From the IMG/VR virus record IMGVR_UViG_3300030397_000191, positions 1 to 32,378 of that record: a stretch of DNA of 32,378 bases. The stretch is one strand, 5' to 3'. The notes beneath the pieces were generated by a model that saw nothing but the letters and a program-made list of their open reading frames with translations, searched no databases and was not told the DNA's origin. Below are positions 25,601-32,378 of this stretch, piece after piece. This stretch comes from a virus (taxonomy: Duplodnaviria > Caudoviricetes). Positions within the stretch are counted from its first letter, which is position 1. Each line of letters begins with the position of its first letter. The translations under genes were made by a program, and so were the position numbers.

Positions 25601-27900
25601 GGGCTGACCAAGCGAACTGGCAGTATGGTCACTGGATCAGTGGTCGTATCGACACGGTCTATATCCCCGACTTGCTCGAGCAGTTGGCTGAGGACTACAA
25701 CATCACTGTAGACTACGACTTCTCTCGTGCCTATGGCTCATGTGATGGGTTCGTGCTTCAGACAAAAACGTCCTTCCGCTCAGCTGTTGAGCCTCTCGCC
25801 TCGCTGTTCCTGTTTGATATCATCGAAAGCGGTGACACGATCAAAGCAGTGAGCCAGCAGGAGAGCCAGTCACGAGCGACTGTGTCACTGGACGATATCG
25901 CTGACGCAGGGACTGAGGAGCCTGTCACGTTCACCGAGAAACCGAGCCACGAGCTCCCGGGATCAATGACTATCAAGTACCTCGACCTGTTCAACGACTA
26001 TGAGCTTGCCGCTGTGTCTCAACGCCGCGAGGTGGTTGACAGTGAGTCCGAACCGAGCAGCGACACTCCTGTGGTCATGGATTACTCCCGGGCCCAGCAG
26101 TTGGTTGACAAGCTGCTCTATTCCGTTTGGGCGAAGCGAACTGTGAGTGAGTTTGGTTTGCTTCCTGAGTTTCTGTATCTCGAGGCGGGCGACGTTGTGA
26201 CTATCAGCACCGATGACTTCGAGAAGCCGGTTCGTATCCAAGGGATTGCCGATGCTGCGTTCCGTCAGATTAGCGGGCTGTCCTTCGACCTCGGTATCTT
26301 CCAACCGGGTGGTGGCGCGTCACGCACTCAACCCCTCACTGTGGTCAATGTATCGACCTCGCCGGTGATTGCCCTCATGGACTTGCCTGTTCTCCAGAGC
26401 ACGGATATTGAGTACCAGCCCTACGCTGCTGCATATGTCAACCCGTGGCCTGGCGTCAACGTCTATAAGTCGATCACCGATAGTAACTACGGCTTGGACA
26501 GCACACTACTTGCTCCCACTGTGATCGGTGAGCTGACTGATCCCTTCGACGTTGCGTCAACCACTGACACCTGGGACTACAGCCAGGAGTTGAAGGTCTT
26601 GATCTACTCGGGCGAGCTCGAGAGCCTTGACGAGCAGAACGTCTTGAATGGTAGTAACGCCATTGCCATCGAGAACAGCTCTGGGGGCTGGGAGATCGTG
26701 CAATTCGTCACGGCAACGCTGACTGGCACCCGGACCTACACACTCACCAAACTGCTTCGAGGTCAGTTGGGTACTGAGGATAACATGGAAGCCAACCTGG
26801 CAGCGGGGGCACGTATCGTGGTCCTTGAGTCCACGGTCCAACAGATGTCTCTTGGGATCAATGATATCAACCGCGAGTACTACTTCCAGTATGGTCCCGC
26901 AGACAAGGACATTGGTGACCCGACCTACCTGACCACCCAGAAGACATTCACCGGTCGAGGCCTTAAGCCTTACAGCCCTGTGGATGTCCGGGGTACGGGA
27001 CACAGCTGGGACCTCGCGACCATTCGAGGACTGACTCCCACAGAGTCCTTGTCGCCGGGTATCGTTGAGACCACCTGGGGTGACAGCTACCGGGCTAACC
27101 CCGTTGTGCTTGAGGGTTCTGCCTTCTTGCCTGATAACCCCGGAACCTCCGGAGTGCTGTTCAAGCATGGTGGTACATCCTACGGCTGTATCATCGCGGT
27201 CTATGACGGTGTGTTCCGCTTACAGTTTGGTGAGTCCAATGATGCTAGAGCGGATGCCTACGTAACTGACGATGACCGGGCCACCCTCGACATACCTCTC
27301 GAGCTTATCCCGTTCGATGGTCAGGAGCATGAGTTCATCCTCTGTATTGACCCCGATGCTGATGGCGGGGGTTATGTTCGTCTTTGGATTGACGGGAAGT
27401 TCATGGGAGAAGGTCGAGAACCTAACGGAAACCATATCGGCAGCAATGGGGGTAGTGCTTACTGGACCGGCACCAACCCCACCTTCTGGGCCTATGCAGA
27501 TGCTACCGAGGGGACAGGTCCTCAGGGGTGGGAAGGTGACGGCACTGACCCATACCTCGGCTATGGCACGACTGATACCCTCGACCTCCACAACAACCAG
27601 TCTGTGGCCATGACCGGTGATATCACGATCTCTTGGAAGCGTCGGACACGTATCAACGGCGACAGCTGGGACCAGGAGGAGGTGCCTCTGAATGAAGCCT
27701 TCGAGAAGTATGAGGTGGACGTCCTCGATCCCACCGGTACCGTGGTCAGAACTCTGACCGTGACAGATGCCACTGAGGTGACATATACTGAGGCACAATA
27801 TAACGCCGACGGGATAACGGGCCCGTTTGATGTAATCGTCTATCAGATCAGCGAAACCGTTGGTCGAGGCACAGGAAGGAGGGCCACAATCAATGGCTGA
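22699..27900 (+). CDS. Megatron-like baseplate / host-specificity protein (GTA g15-like) with two inserted domains
   Basis: GNVIWAT, PGYRGLAY, GYAADWSE, IGIDNY, FTEYGCPAINKGTNQPNVF, LLRGQLGTE, W.RRTR. Confidence 0.95.
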   Translation: MAGLLLAGVGAAIGLSIGGTFLGISAVVIGQTIGSVIGTAIDNFLFAPTLKSTQEGPRLNEANVMTSVEGTNIYRGYGRFKVAGNVIWATRLREEVVKETTKTGGKGGGGGSEVTTTTYNYYANFAVGLCEGEILDVHRVWADGKLLDLSDYTYRIYKGTETQNPDSLIETKEGSGNAPGYRGLAYIIFEDMQINKFGNRIPQMTFEITKPITRSDNDAVGDLITGIDLIPGTTEFGYDPREIDQVIYEGSDIVERRVENNHTGDGKSDWEHALDQMEVNLPNCNIVTFVVTWFGDDLRIGNCTLKPKVENHTKRTTLAGETSEIGWRVAQLDRADAGIISTYEGYSAFGGTPNDVSVYQAILDLKSRGFEVLFYPFIIMDVEAGNTLPDPYSDNAATVGQPVYPWRGRITCSPAAGYVGSVDKTATARTQVDAFLGTADASEFSGSNGAVTYSGAAEWGFKRFTLHMAELCRQAGGVDYFIVGTEMVGASTIRDENNDFPFVEGLIDLAAEVSVLLPSAQIGYAADWSEFHSHRPSDGTNDVYFHLDPLWADSNVDFIGIDNYMKLSDWRDSDDHADYGTGNDVYGRPKGESIYDLTYLKGQVAGGEDFDYFYASTADRVSQTRTTITDGTSVFDVDPSDADRTLAVSTGGGIAYADFGSGATRSQDTAFSCKVTLPSSPTDGVLFERGGSGTGMIVCIRDSGTYLRARAGSGGETVAGGGTPSTANLIVGDELISNLSQYFDDEVHEVCWDVQMGNPGQMRLWIDGDLIIDAYSSGNHTTWTGSGSGTYIGTSGSATNISGEPTTGWSAGSTGASDLSMYDQAFDWSAPSEPWVFRQKDLVNWWSNKHYNRPDGNSLIHPTDWVPESKPIIFTEYGCPAINKGTNQPNVFYDPKSSESFVPYFSSGGRDDEIQRQYIRAMMEYWSDGSNNPTSSVYAAKMVDETRMNYWSYDARPWPTFPLDGDTWADQANWQYGHWISGRIDTVYIPDLLEQLAEDYNITVDYDFSRAYGSCDGFVLQTKTSFRSAVEPLASLFLFDIIESGDTIKAVSQQESQSRATVSLDDIADAGTEEPVTFTEKPSHELPGSMTIKYLDLFNDYELAAVSQRREVVDSESEPSSDTPVVMDYSRAQQLVDKLLYSVWAKRTVSEFGLLPEFLYLEAGDVVTISTDDFEKPVRIQGIADAAFRQISGLSFDLGIFQPGGGASRTQPLTVVNVSTSPVIALMDLPVLQSTDIEYQPYAAAYVNPWPGVNVYKSITDSNYGLDSTLLAPTVIGELTDPFDVASTTDTWDYSQELKVLIYSGELESLDEQNVLNGSNAIAIENSSGGWEIVQFVTATLTGTRTYTLTKLLRGQLGTEDNMEANLAAGARIVVLESTVQQMSLGINDINREYYFQYGPADKDIGDPTYLTTQKTFTGRGLKPYSPVDVRGTGHSWDLATIRGLTPTESLSPGIVETTWGDSYRANPVVLEGSAFLPDNPGTSGVLFKHGGTSYGCIIAVYDGVFRLQFGESNDARADAYVTDDDRATLDIPLELIPFDGQEHEFILCIDPDADGGGYVRLWIDGKFMGEGREPNGNHIGSNGGSAYWTGTNPTFWAYADATEGTGPQGWEGDGTDPYLGYGTTDTLDLHNNQSVAMTGDITISWKRRTRINGDSWDQEEVPLNEAFEKYEVDVLDPTGTVVRTLTVTDATEVTYTEAQYNADGITGPFDVIVYQISETVGRGTGRRATING

Positions 27901-28594
27901 CACTGACAACCTACAACTCCCACTTCTCGCAGCCAGCCAGGCTCAGAAGCATGTAACCCACAACGAAGCGATCCGGGGCCTCGATGCCCTGGTTCAGCTG
28001 AGTGTGATCGACCGTGATCTTGCAACGCCGCCTGGATCACCGACTGCGGGTGACCGCTACATCGTCGCGTCTTCTGCGACGGGCGACTGGGCTGGCGAAG
28101 AAGGAAACATCGCTGCCTATCAAGACGGCGCCTGGGCCTTCTACACACCCCAGAACGGATGGCTGTGTCTTGTCGAGGATGAGAACCAGCTGCTGAAGTA
28201 CAACACGGGTTGGGATATCTACCACCCATCCGAACAACCGAACGGTGCAGCAACGCAAGTTCACTGTGTGGAAGAGGAGTTGACCGGTCTGTCCGGTGCC
28301 TCGGTCACAACGACAATCGCCTTCCCGAACCAGTGCATCATCCTGGGTGCTTCGGTTCGTGTCACGACTGCCATCACTGGCGCCACGTCCTTTGATGCCG
28401 GCGACGGTTCAACTGTAGATCGCTTCGGGGGTTCGCTAGGTATTTCAGCGGGCTCTACAAACCAAGGTACTGTTGGTCCTGCCGGCAACTACGGCAGCAC
28501 GACTGTGACTCTCACCGCGAACGGATCGAACTTCACGGCTGGGGCTGTTCGCGTTGCCCTGCACTACATCTACCTCCAGCCGCCAACCTCGTAA
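27893..28594 (+). CDS. Tail fibre protein (DUF2793)
   Basis: LPLLAASQAQKHVTHNEAIRGLD, PP.SP..GDRYIV, W.G. Confidence 0.9.
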   Translation: MADTDNLQLPLLAASQAQKHVTHNEAIRGLDALVQLSVIDRDLATPPGSPTAGDRYIVASSATGDWAGEEGNIAAYQDGAWAFYTPQNGWLCLVEDENQLLKYNTGWDIYHPSEQPNGAATQVHCVEEELTGLSGASVTTTIAFPNQCIILGASVRVTTAITGATSFDAGDGSTVDRFGGSLGISAGSTNQGTVGPAGNYGSTTVTLTANGSNFTAGAVRVALHYIYLQPPTS

Positions 28595-28606
28595 GGAGAA
28601 AGACCA

Positions 28607-29404
28607 ATGTCAACCATTGACCTCAACCTGGGTGACACTCAGCTCATCCTGAACTATTGCATCACGAAGGGGCTGCTTCGCAACCAGACCGCCTACGTGC
28701 TTGCCACCTCCTATTGGGAGTCGGGTCGCACCATGCTTCCTGTGGAGGAAGCCTATTATCTCCAAGCCAAGTACAACTGGACTGCTGAGCGCATGGACCG
28801 CTGGCGTCAGGAAAACCTGCGCTACTATCCTTGGCACGGTCGCGGCTATACCCAAACGACTTGGGAACGCAACTATCAGCGGCTCAAGCTGGCCACAGGG
28901 GTTGACGTGATCGAAGACCCGACCAAGGCGATGGAAGCTGAGATTGCGGTCGTTGCTCTGGTCGACGGGATCATGGAAGGTTGGTGGACCGGCAAGAAGC
29001 TCACCGACTATGTGACCCTGCAGCGTTCGGACTACGTCGGTGCTCGTCGCTGTGTTAACGGGACAGACAAGGCGCAGGCCATCGCAGAACTCGCCCGCGA
29101 ATACGAAGCGGCATTGCTTGCTGTGGGCTACGGTGTTGACGAGAAGCCTGCTCCGGTCGTCAATGAGCGTCGGGACGGTTCCCAGCCTCGCAGCACACCG
29201 GCTCAGTCGACAACGATCCAGGCGATCCTTGCCGCAGCGGCCGCGACTGCAGGTCAAACCATGGAAAGCGTCAAGTCTCTGATTGCCTCGGTATCCGAGG
29301 GGCTGGGTGTGTCACCTGAGGTTGCACTCGCCCTCATCGCCGCAGGTGCGCTTGCCTGGATTTACCGCGAGCGTATCAAGAAGTGGGCAGAAGGAGACCG
29401 CTGA
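28607..29404 (+). CDS. Endolysin, GH19/lysozyme-like, with hydrophobic C-terminal extension
   Basis: AYVLATSYWES, GRGYTQTTWERNY, ARRCVNGTDKA. Confidence 0.85.
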   Translation: MSTIDLNLGDTQLILNYCITKGLLRNQTAYVLATSYWESGRTMLPVEEAYYLQAKYNWTAERMDRWRQENLRYYPWHGRGYTQTTWERNYQRLKLATGVDVIEDPTKAMEAEIAVVALVDGIMEGWWTGKKLTDYVTLQRSDYVGARRCVNGTDKAQAIAELAREYEAALLAVGYGVDEKPAPVVNERRDGSQPRSTPAQSTTIQAILAAAAATAGQTMESVKSLIASVSEGLGVSPEVALALIAAGALAWIYRERIKKWAEGDR

Positions 29405-29775
29405 TGCTACGTGTCCTTAAATGGTTTGGTTCACTGTTGACTGGGGGTCTGCTCGACCGGGTCCTCGAGACAGTGGACAAACGTATCGAAGCTGAGACGG
29501 ATCGTGAGAAGATCAAGTCAGAGATCATCATGTCTCACTACCGCAACCGTGGCGACTTCATGCGCTCCGGCGGCTTCATCCTCATGCTGCTGTTTGCTGT
29601 ACCCCTCGCGGTATGGTTCTCAGCAGTGGTGATCTACTCGATCCTGTGGTGTCAAGGTTGCGCTTACCCACAGGACTGGTCGATTGCTGCACTCCCCGCC
29701 CCGCTCGATCAATGGGCAGGCGGGATCATCGTCTCCATCTTCGGAGTCATCGGCGTCAGCCGTTTCAAATCTTAG
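29404..29775 (+). CDS. Putative holin
   Basis: Two or three hydrophobic segments; TGATG-coupled to the endolysin gene. Confidence 0.65.
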   Translation: MLRVLKWFGSLLTGGLLDRVLETVDKRIEAETDREKIKSEIIMSHYRNRGDFMRSGGFILMLLFAVPLAVWFSAVVIYSILWCQGCAYPQDWSIAALPAPLDQWAGGIIVSIFGVIGVSRFKS

Positions 29776-29785
29776 GAGAACCACA

Positions 29786-30298
29786 GTGAAAAATGACCAC
29801 GAAATCAAAGCCGCATTCGACGAAGCGTTTAAGCCGGGCGAAGCGGAAGTCGATCAAGAAGCCGTGGATGCGGCTTGTGAAGCCGTTCTTGCGAAGGCCA
29901 CCGAGCAGTTCGGCAAGGAAGGGATCTACGTCTTCGGGAAATTGAACTCCGATGCCGGCGGCGTCTCGTTCCGGTTCAAGCGTCCTTCCCTGCGTTTGCG
30001 TGTGGAACACTTCATCGCTTGCAACGTCCCGAAGCCTGAGCGCGCTGAGGAGGCCCAGGACGATGACAACGAAGGCGCCGGGAGTGACGACGCAGCGAAC
30101 AGCGACAGCACTGACTCTGGCTCGACTGACGAGCGCTTGTCGCGCCTGATCGAACTCGCTGACATGCTCGAGGAGGACGACTTCACGAAGGACGGCAAGC
30201 CCGAGGTCGGCGCCTTGAATGATCTGCTGGATGATGAAGAGGCAGAGTTCACCGCGGCGGAACGTGACGAACTGTGGAAGCAGGTACCGCAGGACTGA
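29786..30298 (+). CDS. Acidic hypothetical phage protein
   Basis: AGGAG RBS before GTG 29786; C-terminal FTKDGKP...TAAERDELW motif. Confidence 0.75.
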   Translation: MKNDHEIKAAFDEAFKPGEAEVDQEAVDAACEAVLAKATEQFGKEGIYVFGKLNSDAGGVSFRFKRPSLRLRVEHFIACNVPKPERAEEAQDDDNEGAGSDDAANSDSTDSGSTDERLSRLIELADMLEEDDFTKDGKPEVGALNDLLDDEEAEFTAAERDELWKQVPQD

Positions 30299-30313
30299 CC
30301 CTGACAGCAGCTA

Positions 30314-30354
30314 CTAAGAAGGCCCGGCATCATTGCGATGACCGGGCCCTTTAG
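30314..30354. terminator. Probable bidirectional terminator between convergent operons
   Basis: GGCCCGG-CATC...GATG-A-CCGGGCC hairpin with flanking CTAAGAA / CTTTAG. Confidence 0.7.
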
Positions 30355-30376
30355 TGGACGTAGTGTCCCGTGAGTG

Positions 30377-30685
30377 TCAGGCGGCTTTCTTGCCACGACC
30401 GCGCTTGGCGGCGGGCTTCTTCTCTTCGCCTTTGTCAGCGACGGCCGACTTGGCATTGCGTTCCTTCAGCGCCTTGACCACCTCGTCGAAGTCCTTCTTG
30501 GTGTTCCAGCCGTACTGGTTGCCGAAGTTCTTCTCGACCTCAAGGGCGCGCAGTGCAACGCGGACCGATGCGGGCTGAGTGCCGACAGCTTCGGCCAGCT
30601 CATTCACGCCGTACTTCGGCTTTTCCTTTTCGGCTTTCGCAGGTGCTTCCTTCGACGCCGTTGCTTTCGTGGTCTTCCGTGCCAT
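30377..30685 (-). CDS. Small Lys/Ala-rich HTH-like DNA-binding protein
   Basis: GAGGAG RBS; YGVNELAEAVGTQPASVRVALR. Confidence 0.85.
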   Translation of the reverse strand: MARKTTKATASKEAPAKAEKEKPKYGVNELAEAVGTQPASVRVALRALEVEKNFGNQYGWNTKKDFDEVVKALKERNAKSAVADKGEEKKPAAKRGRGKKAA

Positions 30686-32112
30686 GATGTGGCTCCTCGT
30701 TTCAGATGTTTCAGTGTCCGTTCTGTGTTGAACTTTTTAACTATTACGAGATCGAAGAGGTCCTCGTCAATAGAATTCTCGCTGCACAAGACAAAAAACT
30801 CTGTCGGCCACTTTTTGCCTTTGGCGCTCAATCGAGACAGCGCCTGATCCCAGTCACGGTAGGAATGCGTCATGCTATAGACGATTGCATTATTGGCCTT
30901 CCACAGATCGACACCGACACCTCCTGTCCGGGTCTGGACAACCGCCACGTCATATCGACCCTTCTGGAAGTCACGCCATATCTGGGGCCGGAGCTTCTTC
31001 TTCGTTGACCCGTTGACCTGCACAACGTCATAGCCTTCCTCAACCATCGCCTCATAGACGAGGTCATTGTCTGGGCGGAATGCCGTGAATATGACAACGG
31101 GTTTGCTCAGTCGATCGACCAAACGCAACGTCTCCTGAAGCTTCGTGTCGCTGAGGTCGTGCAGGCGCTCATCGTCGTCATATACGAAGCCAGTAGCGAT
31201 CTGGCGACGTTTCGCTATGTTCGTTATCGCGAGCGCAGCAGTGACGCGCCTGGCTCGACCTTTTCGACGTGTCGGAAGGTAGGAGAATGAGTCCTTCTTC
31301 ATCGAGTCGTAGACCTTGCGCTGAAGGGGTGACATAGGCACAGACACCTTGGTCACCTTCGCCTTCTTGATCCCGACGTCTTCCTGGGTCAGTCGAACGC
31401 AATAGGGCTTGAGTTTGTCGAGGAACTCCTGGCGGCGGTTCTCGCGGAACGTGGCCTTGTTCTTGAGGATGCGCTGCTGCAACGTCTTCTTCTGCCACAG
31501 GGCTGATCCCGCAGGCGCGTGTTCGAAGTCGACCAGAGGCCACTCCATGTATCGCTTCTCGAACTTCGCCCAGTTCGTGCCAAACACATCCGGGTCTAGG
31601 AACTTGAAGATGCCGAAGTAATCGGTCTCGCGAACCTCCTGTGGTGTCCCGGTCAGGGCTAGCCGACGTTCAACCCAGGACATACGTGCCATTGCGCGTG
31701 ACGCCTGGTTGCCTCGGTTCGATATGCGTTGGGCCTCATCCACACAAGCCCAGTTGAACTTCTTGTACTTGACCAGCTTGTTGATTAGCTTCGGCAGCAT
31801 TTCGTAGTGGACGAGTAGGATGCGGGGGGCAGGTAGTTTCTTGAACTCCTCCCAGTCGCTCGTCACGTTCACCTGTGGGAGGAACTCATTGAGTGCATCA
31901 AGCCATGTGCTATCCCGGTTGGTCAGCAGTGTGACGAGCAACCCGCAGAAGTCAACCCCACGGACCGTATCCCACCCGACGTTGTGTTCCACGTTCTTCA
32001 GCGTGACGTATGTCTTTCCGGTCCGCTGTTCGCAGAACATGGCGGTCGCGTCTCGTTCTACGCTGAACTGAAAGACGCCTTGCTGCTCGGGCCAAAGTTG
32101 TAAGGACGACAT
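30604..32112 (-). CDS. SNF2-like superfamily 2 helicase
   Basis: EQRTGKT, VDEAQ, LALTGTP, TGGVGVDL, QALSR. Confidence 0.92.
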   Translation of the reverse strand: MSSLQLWPEQQGVFQFSVERDATAMFCEQRTGKTYVTLKNVEHNVGWDTVRGVDFCGLLVTLLTNRDSTWLDALNEFLPQVNVTSDWEEFKKLPAPRILLVHYEMLPKLINKLVKYKKFNWACVDEAQRISNRGNQASRAMARMSWVERRLALTGTPQEVRETDYFGIFKFLDPDVFGTNWAKFEKRYMEWPLVDFEHAPAGSALWQKKTLQQRILKNKATFRENRRQEFLDKLKPYCVRLTQEDVGIKKAKVTKVSVPMSPLQRKVYDSMKKDSFSYLPTRRKGRARRVTAALAITNIAKRRQIATGFVYDDDERLHDLSDTKLQETLRLVDRLSKPVVIFTAFRPDNDLVYEAMVEEGYDVVQVNGSTKKKLRPQIWRDFQKGRYDVAVVQTRTGGVGVDLWKANNAIVYSMTHSYRDWDQALSRLSAKGKKWPTEFFVLCSENSIDEDLFDLVIVKKFNTERTLKHLKRGATSWHGRPRKQRRRRKHLRKPKRKSRSTA

Positions 32113-32352
32113 CCACCGCCTCCTCTTCTGAGCGAACGACTGTGGCGCAGCCCCCGCCTTGTGTTACGATATCCCGAATGGTCTCGAGCTGGATGAGCGA
32201 AGGCTTGGACGACTTCTTCGGCAGCTTGACTTCGAGGGCAAAGAACATCCCGTCCACACAACCGATGAGGTCAGGAATACCGGCAGGGGTGAATGGACCT
32301 CCCCACACCTTAAACCACCAACCGCCGACTTCGCGGCGTAGTGTGTCTTGAA
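31952..32352 (-). CDS. VRR-NUC domain nuclease (5' end truncated)
   Basis: GIPDLIGC...FFALEVK PD-(D/E)xK motif; the frame stays open upstream of the tracked start (IQDTLRREVGGWWFKVWGG). Confidence 0.9.
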
Positions 32353-32361
32353 TACTTTTTG

Positions 32362-32378
32362 GATCGTGACTGGGAAAC
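32362..32378 (-). other. Random-amplification primer tag (library artefact)
   Basis: Reverse complement reads GTTTCCCAGTCACGATC and ends exactly at the sequence end. Confidence 0.85.

Noticed and set aside
8466-28594. Chromosomal gene transfer agent cluster
   Set aside because: It is flanked by phage replication and accessory genes rather than host housekeeping genes, and has a long tape measure and linked lysis genes.

Overview
Part of a tailed dsDNA phage genome (siphovirus type, probably infecting Rhodobacteraceae or another alphaproteobacterium; host is inferred). Left (1-6500, minus strand): a tightly coupled accessory operon containing a T4 endonuclease V homolog, an SprT-like protease, a repeat-type DNA-binding protein, a truncated second copy of an HK97/GTA-type major capsid gene and, running off the left edge and missing from the ORF track, a LuxI-family acyl-homoserine-lactone synthase. 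Middle (5300-8450): a control region with divergent sigma70-type promoters, repeats, a GC-rich structured element and several small HTH-like paralogs. 8466-30298 (plus): a complete head-tail-lysis module closely resembling the RcGTA structural cluster, with a -1 frameshift in the tail chaperone and a megatron-like protein carrying two inserted paralogous lectin-like domains. Right (minus): small HTH protein, SNF2-like helicase and VRR-NUC nuclease. The last 17 nt match a random-amplification primer tag. All family assignments come from motif recognition by eye; no database search was run.
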